Origin: Candidatus Saganbacteria bacterium | Lineage (GTDB): Bacteria > Margulisbacteria > WOR-1 > O2-12-FULL-45-9 | Length of the DNA stretch: 64,000 nt | Direction: 5' to 3' | Assembly: GCA_016932255.1 (NCBI GenBank) | Contig: JAFGDE010000009.1 | Span: 66,114-130,113 of the forward strand | Shown here: positions 56,383-64,000 of the stretch, in pieces | How the letters are laid out: each line of letters begins with the position of its first letter | Position numbering within the stretch: position 1 is the first letter of the stretch | Position numbers and translations under genes: made by a program | Notes under the pieces: model-generated | Database searches by the model: none | What the model was told of the DNA's origin: nothing | Seen by the model: the letters and a program-made list of their open reading frames with translations, nothing else

Positions 56383-57123
56383 TTGGCCGTTAAAGGTTCG
56401 AAGTTGCGCTTAGGTGTGAATATCGATCATATTGCAACTCTGCGCCAGGCCCGCAGGGAGGATTTTCCTGATCCGGTGGCACTGGCCAAAGAGGCGATCG
56501 CGGGCGGCGCTGACGGCATTGTCTGCCATCTGCGCGAGGACAGGCGGCATATCAATGATGCTGACGTTAAACGTCTGCACCGGCTCAGGACCAGGCTTGA
56601 TCTTGAAATGGCGGCCACGCCGGAGATGCTGAGGATCGCTTTGGGCTTGCGCCCGGACATGGTCACCCTGGTGCCGGAAAAGCGCCAGGAAATAACGACC
56701 GAAGGCGGGCTGGATGTTGTCAGGCATTATCGCCGGCTTAAGCCGTTCATTAATAAGCTCAAGGCTGCCGGAATAACGGTCAGCCTGTTCATCGATCCGG
56801 AGAAAGAACAGGTCAAGACCGCGGCCTTGCTGCAGGCTGATTTCATTGAGTTGCACACGGGAAAATACGCCCGCAGCGCTTACGTCAGAGGGAGGCCAGG
56901 CCCGCTCAAGCGGGAACTGGCCAAGATCAAGCTGGCTACAAAGCAGGCCAGAGCTAAAGACCTGCGGGTCAATGCCGGCCATGGCCTGGATTACCGCAAT
57001 GTCCGGGCCATTGCCAGGCTGGCCGGGGTCGAGGAATTGAACATCGGATTTTCTATAATTGCCCGCTCGGTCGTTGTTGGACTGCGCCAGGCGGTAAAAG
57101 AGATGAGGAGGGCTATCGGATGA
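56383..57123 (+). CDS. pdxJ: pyridoxine 5'-phosphate synthase
   Basis: 246 aa. LGVNIDHIATLRQAR, HLREDRRHI and NAGHGL motifs. Confidence 0.92.
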   Translation: MAVKGSKLRLGVNIDHIATLRQARREDFPDPVALAKEAIAGGADGIVCHLREDRRHINDADVKRLHRLRTRLDLEMAATPEMLRIALGLRPDMVTLVPEKRQEITTEGGLDVVRHYRRLKPFINKLKAAGITVSLFIDPEKEQVKTAALLQADFIELHTGKYARSAYVRGRPGPLKRELAKIKLATKQARAKDLRVNAGHGLDYRNVRAIARLAGVEELNIGFSIIARSVVVGLRQAVKEMRRAIG

Positions 57124-57560
57124 AAGTTGCTATCGGTTCCGATCACGCGGGCTTCAAGCTCAAACAGCAGGTCAAAGAAATGCTCCAAAAAAAGGGTTTT
57201 CAGGTCAGGGATTACGGCACTGATTCCGAAGTTTCGGTCGATTATCCTGATTATGTTTATCCCGTAGCTGATGCCGTGGCCAAAGGCGAGTTTGAGCGGG
57301 GGGTCGTTATTTGCGGCTCGGGTGTCGGTGCCTGCATCACGGCCAATAAAGTCTCCGGCATCAGGGCGGTCCTGGCCTATGATGCTTACACGGCCAAGCA
57401 GAGCAGGGAGCACGGCGATTGCAATGTTCTCTGTCTGGCCGGCAGGAAATTGAAGCCTGAACAGGCCGGGGAGATCGTTGATGTCTGGTTCAAGACAGGA
57501 TTTTCCGGAGAGGAGCGGCACAAGCGGCGCATCGACAAGATCGAGCGGGGTGGTAAGTAA
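57120..57560 (+). CDS. rpiB: ribose 5-phosphate isomerase B
   Basis: 146 aa. IGSDHAGF, CGSGVG and RHKRR motifs of RpiB/LacAB. Confidence 0.92.
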   Translation: MKVAIGSDHAGFKLKQQVKEMLQKKGFQVRDYGTDSEVSVDYPDYVYPVADAVAKGEFERGVVICGSGVGACITANKVSGIRAVLAYDAYTAKQSREHGDCNVLCLAGRKLKPEQAGEIVDVWFKTGFSGEERHKRRIDKIERGGK

Positions 57561-58655
57561 GTGAAAGCACTGATAATGGCGGCGGGATACGGCACCCGCC
57601 TGGAACCGCTGACCCTGGCGGTGCCTAAGCCTATGGTGCCGATCGTCAACCTGCCGACCATGCAGCATAATATCGAACTGCTCAAGCGCCACGGCTTCAG
57701 GGAGATCACGGCCAATATCCATTATCATCCGGAACAGATCGAGAACTATTTCGGCGACGGCCACTGGCTCGGCGTCAATCTGTCCTATTCTTATGAAAAA
57801 GAGCTTCTGGGCACAGCCGGCGGCGTGCGCCGCATGGCGGTCGATATCGCGGATATCAAAGAAACCTTCCTGGTCATGTCATCAGACGCGCTGACGGACA
57901 TCAACCTTAAACGGCTTGTCGATTTCCATAGAAAGAAAAAGGCGCTCCTTACCATCAGTTTGGCCAGGATGGACGATGTTACTCAGTTTGGCGTAGTCAT
58001 CACTGACCAGGCCAACCGCGTCACTGGTTTTCAGGAAAAACCCTCTCAGGAGGAAGCCAAGAGCGATCTGGTCAATGCCGGCGTTTATGTGATCGAACCA
58101 GAGGTTCTTAAGATGATGCCCAAGGGCTTTTATGATTTCGGCAAGGAGCTGTTCCCCAGGCTGGTGGCTGAAAAGGCTGCCTTGTTCGGTTATCCCATGG
58201 TCGAATACTGGAGCGATGTCGGCTGTCTTGATAAATACATCGCTTCCTGCTATGACGCGATGAAAGGCGCGCTGCAGATCAGGGTGCCGGGCCGCCGGGT
58301 CTCAAGATCGACCTGGATCGGCGCCCGCGAGAAGATTGACCGCTCGGCCAGGTTCGAAGGTTCCGTGGTCATCGGCGATCGCTGCAAGATCGGCAAGGAC
58401 GTTTATATCAGGGATGCGGTCATTGGCGATAAGTGTACCATAAGTGATAATGCCATTATCACCGGTTCGGTGATCTGGTCGGATTCCATTATCGGCAAAG
58501 CGGTCCAGGTCGAGCGCTCGGTCATTGGCAACTGGTGCCATCTTGAGGAAGGTGCCAGGATCGCGGAAGGCTCGATCTTGTCCAACCGTTGTATAGTCAG
58601 GAAAGGGGCCAACCTGCCGCAGCACAGCAGGCTTCAGCCCAACTCCATAATCTGA
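57561..58655 (+). CDS. sugar-phosphate nucleotidyltransferase (NDP-sugar pyrophosphorylase with C-terminal left-handed beta-helix)
   Basis: 364 aa with a GTG start. AAGYGTRL(E)PLT motif, and hexapeptide repeats in the C-terminal third. Confidence 0.85.
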   Translation: MKALIMAAGYGTRLEPLTLAVPKPMVPIVNLPTMQHNIELLKRHGFREITANIHYHPEQIENYFGDGHWLGVNLSYSYEKELLGTAGGVRRMAVDIADIKETFLVMSSDALTDINLKRLVDFHRKKKALLTISLARMDDVTQFGVVITDQANRVTGFQEKPSQEEAKSDLVNAGVYVIEPEVLKMMPKGFYDFGKELFPRLVAEKAALFGYPMVEYWSDVGCLDKYIASCYDAMKGALQIRVPGRRVSRSTWIGAREKIDRSARFEGSVVIGDRCKIGKDVYIRDAVIGDKCTISDNAIITGSVIWSDSIIGKAVQVERSVIGNWCHLEEGARIAEGSILSNRCIVRKGANLPQHSRLQPNSII

Positions 58656-58694
58656 TAATTAATATAATAATGTAATATCTTCCTTTTGCTCCTC

Positions 58695-58725
58695 ATGCAA
58701 GTTCAAGCGCCTGAATTACGATAAT
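58695..58725 (+). promoter_or_regulatory. promoter-like motif copy A: ATGCAAGTT-caagcgcctgaat-TACGATAAT
   Basis: Read directly from the sequence. It is intergenic, about 40 nt upstream of the ATG at 58767. Confidence 0.55.
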
Positions 58726-58766
58726 ATCAGTGTAAGACCGATCAATTCCCAAGGAGGAATAAGTTA

Positions 58767-59669
58767 ATGAAAAAGTTTCTTGTTCTGCTATCTGCCATTT
58801 TGATCGTCACTTCTGTCTGTTTCGCGCAAGAGAACATGGGTGCCAGGCCGATCGCCATGGGTGGCGCTTTTACCGGGCTGGCGGACGATGCCAATGCCAT
58901 TTTTCTCAACCCGGCCGGTATCGGCTATATTGAGGGCGAGGTCGCTGCTATTTCGACCAAGATCTCGGAAGGCAGTGAATATACCATCCTGGGCGGGGTC
59001 GAAAACACGCCTTACGGCAGTTTCGGTGTAGGCTACATCAGCTCATCTTACATTATTGAAGACCTGGAAACATCATCGGAGCTGGTAGATGCCGGGGACG
59101 CTTCGAACAAGAATTTAAACCAGACCTTGGTTTTGTCCTACGGCAGGCAGCTCAATGACTTCATGGTCGTGCCGAAATTCATGGGACGCTTGTCCCTGGG
59201 CACGAACGTCAAATTTGTCAGTTCCAAGATCAATAACGCCAAAGGCCTGACCAGCAGATCTGATTCAGGCCTGGACCTTGACCTGGCCGCTGTTTTTCAG
59301 CCTAATGATCATATCTCCTGCGGCATGAGCGTCAGGAATATTCTTGCTGCTGGGTCGGCCCTGGAGGACAGTTCAGAACCGTCCAGCCCGACCATGTCAG
59401 CTGGCATCGCCGGCAGGCTTCTTAATGATTCTTTGATCATCAGCCTGGAAACAGGCGCCGCTGGTGTGGAAGTTAAACTGATGCCGGAGCTGGCCTTAAG
59501 GGTCGGACGCGACGGCGACTATACGACCGGCGGGATAGGCGTCAGCCTCAATGGTGTTGGCATTGACTATGCTTATCTGAAAAAAGCCGAGCCTGTTCAT
59601 TACATAGCGATCTCGCTGGCTTTTGACAATCCGACCGATACCAGACAGGCGAGCATTATTAAGGAGTAG
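58767..59669 (+). CDS. outer-membrane beta-barrel protein, PorV/PorQ-like
   Basis: 300 aa. Signal peptide ending CFAQE. The N-terminal GARPIAMGGAFTGLADDANAIFLNPAGIG signature, as I recall it for PorV/PorQ-type barrels. Alternating beta-strand pattern. AAGGAGG Shine-Dalgarno sequence. Confidence 0.6.
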   Translation: MKKFLVLLSAILIVTSVCFAQENMGARPIAMGGAFTGLADDANAIFLNPAGIGYIEGEVAAISTKISEGSEYTILGGVENTPYGSFGVGYISSSYIIEDLETSSELVDAGDASNKNLNQTLVLSYGRQLNDFMVVPKFMGRLSLGTNVKFVSSKINNAKGLTSRSDSGLDLDLAAVFQPNDHISCGMSVRNILAAGSALEDSSEPSSPTMSAGIAGRLLNDSLIISLETGAAGVEVKLMPELALRVGRDGDYTTGGIGVSLNGVGIDYAYLKKAEPVHYIAISLAFDNPTDTRQASIIKE

Positions 59670-59717
59670 GGGGGCTTCCCGCAAATCTCTACTCACTGCT
59701 TTCTACTATCTAATTTT

Positions 59718-59757
59718 GGGGGGCGTTCTAGGCAGATGGCGCGCCCCTCTTTTTTTT
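59718..59757 (+). terminator. probable rho-independent terminator (GGGGCG...CGCCCC + T-run)
   Basis: 6-bp GC stem (59720-25 / 59742-47) with a large loop, followed by tcT8. Confidence 0.5.
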
Positions 59758-59759
59758 GT

Positions 59760-59765
59760 TATAAT
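59760..59765 (+). promoter_or_regulatory. extended -10 box (TGtTATAAT) 8 nt upstream of the ATG at 59774
   Basis: tttTGTTATAATgcggccaaATG. No Shine-Dalgarno sequence is present, which implies a leaderless transcript. Confidence 0.45.
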
Positions 59766-59773
59766 GCGGCCAA

Positions 59774-60493
59774 ATGATCATATTAAAATTCCTGTTCTCA
59801 TTGTTCTTTTGGGTCTATATCCAGCTTGGGATCCTGCTTGTGCTGATCTTGTCGCTGCCGGCCAATCTGCTGCCTAACAGGGGCAGGGCTTTCAATTACG
59901 CTTTGGCCAAGCTGCTGCTCAGGCTGCTCTTCTTTATAAGTTTTTTCAGGATAAGATTAAAAAGCGGCCAAAAAGTCGGCTTGGTGAACAGGGAGATCTT
60001 GATCGCCAATAAACCGGACCTGCTATCCACCTTTGCCTTGATCATCTCATTGCCGCGCCAGGTGCGGTTTGTCGCTGCCGAGAATATATTTTATATACCT
60101 TTCTTTGGCTGGCTGCTTAAGGCCATCGGCTGTATCCCGGCGGGAAAAAAACTTGGAGGTCCGCTGGGCTTTGCAGTTTCAGTGATGGCAGCGATGAAAC
60201 AGAACGAGGCTGTCTTGTTCTATCCCAGGAACCTGAGGCGTTTTAACGGCCGAGTCAGCGAGTTCAAGCCGGGAGAGATAAGCGTAGCCAGATCGGCCGG
60301 AGCGACCCTGCTGCCTTTGGTTGTGACCGGCACAAAAAAGCTGATCAAACGGGGCAGTGTCCTGCTCTGGCCCGGGGCGATCGAGATAACCGTTCATGAG
60401 CCTGTTACGCCGGCTGAGCTGGGATCGGTCGATACGGTCATGGCCAGGCTCACAAGGCTTTATCAGGGTGAATTACCGTTTGAAGGGGATTGA
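59774..60493 (+). CDS. lysophospholipid (PlsC-type) acyltransferase homologue with degenerate catalytic motifs
   Basis: 239 aa. N-terminal TM and PlsC-like block II (FFGWLLKAIGCIP). Block I reads NKPDLLS instead of NHxSxxD (60008-60028). Block III reads FYPRNLRR instead of FPEGTR (60218-60241). Confidence 0.65.
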   Translation: MIILKFLFSLFFWVYIQLGILLVLILSLPANLLPNRGRAFNYALAKLLLRLLFFISFFRIRLKSGQKVGLVNREILIANKPDLLSTFALIISLPRQVRFVAAENIFYIPFFGWLLKAIGCIPAGKKLGGPLGFAVSVMAAMKQNEAVLFYPRNLRRFNGRVSEFKPGEISVARSAGATLLPLVVTGTKKLIKRGSVLLWPGAIEITVHEPVTPAELGSVDTVMARLTRLYQGELPFEGD

Positions 60494-60496
60494 ATA

Positions 60497-60688
60497 GTGT
60501 TATTTTGGGGAATAATCATTTTTCTTGTTATTATGCTTATTTTAACAGGTCTTTGGATGATCGTTTATTCAAGCCGCTCTTCACGGGCCAGGCAAGGCCT
60601 GCGTCAGCTTGACCGGTCGGTCGCTGAATTTGACCGCCGGATCACAGAGGCAATCGATACCCTGGACCGAGCCGCTGAAAAAAAATAA
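60497..60688 (+). CDS. small bitopic protein (N-terminal TM + charged helix)
   Basis: 63 aa. The GTG start comes after a GAAGGGGA Shine-Dalgarno sequence, 4 nt after the upstream stop. Confidence 0.45.
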   Translation: MLFWGIIIFLVIMLILTGLWMIVYSSRSSRARQGLRQLDRSVAEFDRRITEAIDTLDRAAEKK

Positions 60689-60699
60689 TCATAAGCCCC

Positions 60700-60730
60700 A
60701 TGCAAGTTATTTGCCGCTGATCCCGATAGT
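60700..60730 (+). promoter_or_regulatory. promoter-like motif copy B1: ATGCAAGTT-atttgccgctgat-CCCGATAGT
   Basis: Read directly from the sequence. It is the first of two tandem copies upstream of 60816. Confidence 0.5.
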
Positions 60731-60762
60731 ATTCAATGAGAGATAGTAAATTATGCTTTTTT

Positions 60763-60793
60763 ATGCAAGTTATCGGCTTGTTGATACGATAGT
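60763..60793 (+). promoter_or_regulatory. promoter-like motif copy B2: ATGCAAGTT-atcggcttgttga-TACGATAGT
   Basis: Read directly from the sequence. It lies 22 nt upstream of the ATG at 60816, with a GGGAGGAG Shine-Dalgarno sequence in between. Confidence 0.55.
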
Positions 60794-60815
60794 TAGGTAG
60801 AGGGAGGAGTAGCTC

Positions 60816-61220
60816 ATGACAACTTGGGGAGTAAGTCCGGTCGGCGTCAGCACGGTTGGTACTGCTGATGCGTCAAGGACCGGCACCACCAGACATCTCA
60901 ATCCTGATCAGAGGTTCCGTTCGGAAGTCGGCCAGGCCGGCCAGGCCGGCTGCGACGCGATCGGCGGCACCAGCACCCGGGATGCTGAAGATGCTTTTGT
61001 TTGTTATGATAATAATGGCTATCAGCAGTCGCATCGCGGCTCGCTGTTTGAATGGATGGCTTACGGCATTGGCCGCCTGTTCGGGTTATACGATGTTGCC
61101 GGTGAGGCGCCTGATGTGCAGCAGCCGGACACAGCCGCGGCTGATGTCCTGCCGGGTGCTGGTGGAAGCGAGACCGCTCCCGGAACAGGCATTCCATCAT
61201 CTTTAACAGGGACTTATTAA
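60816..61220 (+). CDS. hypothetical protein
   Basis: 134-aa ORF with a strong Shine-Dalgarno sequence. No TM, signal peptide or family recognised. Confidence 0.5.
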   Translation: MTTWGVSPVGVSTVGTADASRTGTTRHLNPDQRFRSEVGQAGQAGCDAIGGTSTRDAEDAFVCYDNNGYQQSHRGSLFEWMAYGIGRLFGLYDVAGEAPDVQQPDTAAADVLPGAGGSETAPGTGIPSSLTGTY

Positions 61221-61221
61221 A

Positions 61222-61449
61222 ATGTGGGAATTTATCGTTCAAAACTTTAATTGGTTCACTTTCTTCCTGGCGCTGGGCGTTTTTGCCCTGCTGCAGAGCA
61301 TAGTGAATTTCCTGATCGCCCGTTCCGCCAGAAAGAGGGCGCGTCAAAGAACAGCGGTTGCTGAACAGAAGTACCAGGAACTTAAAGGCAAATTTGAGAC
61401 TAAGAAGCAGGAATACGACCAGATCTTAGGCACCAAGGAGGCCAAGTAA
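61222..61449 (+). CDS. small bitopic protein (N-terminal TM + Lys/Glu-rich helix)
   Basis: 75 aa. The start lies 1 nt after the upstream stop. Same design as the 63-aa protein at 60497. Confidence 0.5.
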   Translation: MWEFIVQNFNWFTFFLALGVFALLQSIVNFLIARSARKRARQRTAVAEQKYQELKGKFETKKQEYDQILGTKEAK

Positions 61450-61452
61450 GCC

Positions 61453-62925
61453 ATGACCGGCCCTAACGGCATATTAGTACCAGGAGCAACAGCTCACGCG
61501 ACGGCTGCGCCGGCTGTGACCGCGGCTGCCAGCAGCCAGCCTGATCAGGTTGGCGATCCCCGGTATTCACGCTCCTCGGCTCTTCTGGTCGTGCGTGAAT
61601 GGGATCCCCTGACCAACGAAGGCGACGAGAACAACGGCGCCATTGCTGATGCGCTGGTCGCCCAGATGGGGCCGGAAGATGAAACTCCCGGCCAGCTGAC
61701 CTTTGATGAGTTCCGCGAGGCCACCGGTTTTGATGACATGACCGAAGAGGCCTGGAACGCCATGATCGGCTTTGATCAGGGCAATACCCAGCTGGGTACA
61801 GGCGCGGCTGAAGGCGAGTTCGTTGTCAAGGACCTGAGGCACCTGGCCAGCTATTTGCAGCAGTTCCGCTTCTATACCGAGATCACCGGAGTGAATTTTG
61901 ACCGTTTTGCCAGATGGGAAAATATCACCATCGTGCCGAGGGAGCAGCTGCTCCAGTACATGATGTCCCTGAGCGAGCAAGGGATACGCGACCTGGTCCA
62001 CGGCATTAATTACCAGCACGCACTCCAGGCCCTGCGCCGGCTGGGCATCGTTAATATCGATGACCTGCCGGGCACTGATCAGGGCCGGCTTGAAGATGCT
62101 ATGGTCGAGGCGGTTATTCGATTGCAGGACGCTGCAGCCGGCAGCGGGCCGGCGGCTTTGCGCGCCAGACACGTCCTGAGCATGATCGGCCTGTTGACCC
62201 TGGGCCGGCTCAATGAACAGGTCGAGGATGAACATGGCAAGCCCGGCTTGGCTGCCGAGCGTTACGGCCTGCGGGACCCTCTGGCCGCGCGGCATTTCCT
62301 GAACACGGTCTTTACGTCCTATATCGCCGGAGAGACCATTTCCGACGAACAGCTTGAGGCTCTTGAAGGATTCTCTGATTCTGTCGGCCTGCTGCGGGAA
62401 GCTGCTGGCGATAATGTTGAGTTGAACCAGAAGATCGACAACGCTGATTATGAGTCTGAGGAGTTCCAGCAGGTGCTGGGCATGATCGATGGCTCGGCCA
62501 CCCATGAAGACGGTTCTGATTATACCGAGGTCGAGATCCAGGCCGCTATCAGGGACCTGCCGCAGGTCTTGACCCACACACCGGGTTCAACGACCCATTC
62601 AGCTGCTTCAGGCACCCTGGTCCCGCATCTACCTGGCGCTGTGCCTGGCCAGCCTGAACTGACCGTGGAAGATATCGAGATCACGCCGGCCCCTGTTAGC
62701 CAGGATGAGAGCCCTGAAGAAGCTGCTGCAGAAGGATCAGGAGAAGTTGCAGAAGAATCAGAGGAAGTTACGGAAGAACCAGAGGCAGCTGCCGCAGAAC
62801 CAGAAGCAGATGAGCCGGTGACTGATGAAACAAGCGGTACTGATGGGATCGAACCAGCAGCTATTCCCGTAATGCCTGAAGAGCAGCATGCTGTTGGGTA
62901 TCAGCCCATGGCTATCGTTGTTTAA
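61453..62925 (+). CDS. hypothetical acidic protein with Glu/Pro/Ala-rich C-terminal tail
   Basis: 490-aa ORF with an AAGGAGG Shine-Dalgarno sequence. No TM, signal peptide or family recognised. Confidence 0.55.
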   Translation: MTGPNGILVPGATAHATAAPAVTAAASSQPDQVGDPRYSRSSALLVVREWDPLTNEGDENNGAIADALVAQMGPEDETPGQLTFDEFREATGFDDMTEEAWNAMIGFDQGNTQLGTGAAEGEFVVKDLRHLASYLQQFRFYTEITGVNFDRFARWENITIVPREQLLQYMMSLSEQGIRDLVHGINYQHALQALRRLGIVNIDDLPGTDQGRLEDAMVEAVIRLQDAAAGSGPAALRARHVLSMIGLLTLGRLNEQVEDEHGKPGLAAERYGLRDPLAARHFLNTVFTSYIAGETISDEQLEALEGFSDSVGLLREAAGDNVELNQKIDNADYESEEFQQVLGMIDGSATHEDGSDYTEVEIQAAIRDLPQVLTHTPGSTTHSAASGTLVPHLPGAVPGQPELTVEDIEITPAPVSQDESPEEAAAEGSGEVAEESEEVTEEPEAAAAEPEADEPVTDETSGTDGIEPAAIPVMPEEQHAVGYQPMAIVV

Positions 62926-62972
62926 AGCCTATTAAATTCCCCTTTAATTAGCCCAAAAACCAGCTTATTTCT

Positions 62973-63003
62973 ATGCAAGTTTTACCCTGCTGATTACGAT
63001 ATA
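62973..63003 (+). promoter_or_regulatory. promoter-like motif copy C: ATGCAAGTT-ttaccctgctgat-TACGATATA
   Basis: Read directly from the sequence, in an intergenic position. An in-frame ATG (63012) lies 9 nt after the downstream box. Confidence 0.55.
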
Positions 63004-63011
63004 TAAGTAGA

Positions 63012-64000
63012 ATGGTTAATGTCGGAGATGTATCACAATCCCAACAAATAGCTGAGGAGCAGATGCAGGACCAGGTTGCTGGTGCCGGCGCTGAGCCTGA
63101 GTATCTCATTAATAACTCCATCCAGATGCAAGGGCTTGAAGCGGCCGACACTGCTGAGATCTCCGGCGGGCTATATTGCACTTCATCGGCCGTTGCTGAG
63201 GCTATTATCAGATGCAGTTCCGGGTCCGAGGACGAGGAACAGTACATCGAGAACACCACTGAGTACGAAGAAAAGGTCGGCGGCAGCGGTGGCGGTGGCA
63301 CGGAAGAGCCCTCGGGGACTTCCGGTTCTTCAGGGACTTCCGGCTCCTCCGGCACCTCGAATTCCGGCTGGTCAGGCGCCTATGACGCGCTCAAATCTTA
63401 TGAAGACAGCCTCATGGACGATGTCTTTGGTTTTGATGATGAAGACTTCATGACCCAGAACTCCGACGGCTACTGGGAGCTTGATGCCGAGGCCTTGCTG
63501 GCCTGGCAGATGAAACTGCTCAAGAAAGCCAATACCATGGGCTGTATGATGATCATGATGTCCAGCCCGTCCGAATGCCGGGCCATTGTTGAGGAAACGC
63601 TCACTGAAGTGCCTATTGAGGTCGAGGACGGCAAGAACTCATACAAGGAAGTCTATGCCCGCAGGATGGGCTTGATCCAGAAACTTGTCGGCACCGCTAT
63701 CAGCACCCTCTTTAAACAGATCAATGACCGCAACCAAAAGATCTATCAGCAGAAACTAGATGAGATCCAGGCGGAGAACGAAGGCTGCGGTGCGGATACC
63801 GCGAACTTTATAACCGGCGGCAAAGGCGATATCGAGACCCAGGAAAAAGCCCTGCAGGAAACCTGTGAATATCTTGAGGCTTCCAAATCAGCCCTGGCGG
63901 CAATGCAGGAAGTTGTCCGCTCATTGATGGAATTCCTTAAGGAAAGCGCGGCTGCCGGCGATATCGGCGCCATGGGCATGATCGATGCGCTGAAAAAGTT
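63012..64000 (+). CDS. hypothetical protein, 3'-truncated by the window end (Gly/Ser/Thr linker + helical region)
   Basis: It is absent from the ORF track because no stop is reached. In my own translation this frame is open from the ATG at 63012 to 64000. An alternative start is the ATG at 63063, after GAGGAG. It contains GGSGGGGTEEPSGTSGSSGTSGSSGTS, encoded by about 18-nt repeats. Confidence 0.55.
   Translation, partial: MVNVGDVSQSQQIAEEQMQDQVAGAGAEPEYLINNSIQMQGLEAADTAEISGGLYCTSSAVAEAIIRCSSGSEDEEQYIENTTEYEEKVGGSGGGGTEEPSGTSGSSGTSGSSGTSNSGWSGAYDALKSYEDSLMDDVFGFDDEDFMTQNSDGYWELDAEALLAWQMKLLKKANTMGCMMIMMSSPSECRAIVEETLTEVPIEVEDGKNSYKEVYARRMGLIQKLVGTAISTLFKQINDRNQKIYQQKLDEIQAENEGCGADTANFITGGKGDIETQEKALQETCEYLEASKSALAAMQEVVRSLMEFLKESAAAGDIGAMGMIDALKK

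Noticed and set aside
62948-63453. Track ORFs 62948-63355 (-) and 63076-63453 (+)
   Set aside because: They compete with the frame that is open from 63012/63063 to the end of the window. That frame has a promoter-like motif and a Shine-Dalgarno sequence, and the alternatives read the Gly/Ser/Thr repeat DNA in the wrong frame or strand.

Overview
This 64-kb window is a chromosomal segment from a mid/high-GC bacterium that is probably diderm; I cannot assign a taxon. I call about 70 protein-coding genes and one tRNA-Arg(CCU). I saw no rRNA, CRISPR array, transposase, integrase or prophage. Most of the window is housekeeping. It carries nusB-ribE-ribBA-ribH, gcvPB with a lipoate-ligase-family gene, and rtcB coupled to the AmmeMemoRadiSam radical-SAM gene. 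It also carries a trkH/trkA potassium-uptake operon, leuA and cimA, pmbA-pta-exonuclease-DUF362-udg, and lysA-cdaA-panB. Further along are aroK-aroB-tyrS, an rfbD/GT4/O-antigen-ligase-TPR/sugar-transferase envelope cluster, and ispF-pdxJ-rpiB. Between these sit pockets of genes I cannot place in any family: 15.2-16.9 kb, 23.5-26.7 kb, 35.8-37.2 kb and above all 58.7-64.0 kb. The strongest signal is a promoter-like two-block motif, ATGCAAGTT-N13-TACGATA. It has four near-identical copies at 58.7-63.0 kb and looser copies at 24.0 and 15.2 kb. The copies sit in front of genes I cannot assign to any family, plus one PorV/PorQ-like outer-membrane barrel. Together they suggest an alternative-sigma or activator regulon for an uncharacterised, envelope-associated gene set. 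That set contains the barrel, a probably inactive acyltransferase homologue, two tiny bitopic proteins and several acidic proteins without signal peptides. Other sequence-level oddities are listed below. An identical 22-nt palindromic element is dispersed through the window and in two cases built in-frame into coding sequence. 7-nt-periodic mini-repeats sit upstream of start codons that lack a Shine-Dalgarno sequence. Several -10 boxes lie 7-9 nt from an ATG, implying leaderless mRNAs. A dGTPase-like HD gene is paired with a degenerate Fic gene. Two lipoproteins are paralogues with a Thr-rich linker and a beta-propeller. All functional calls rest on my reading of the translated ORFs and of motifs; no database search was run.
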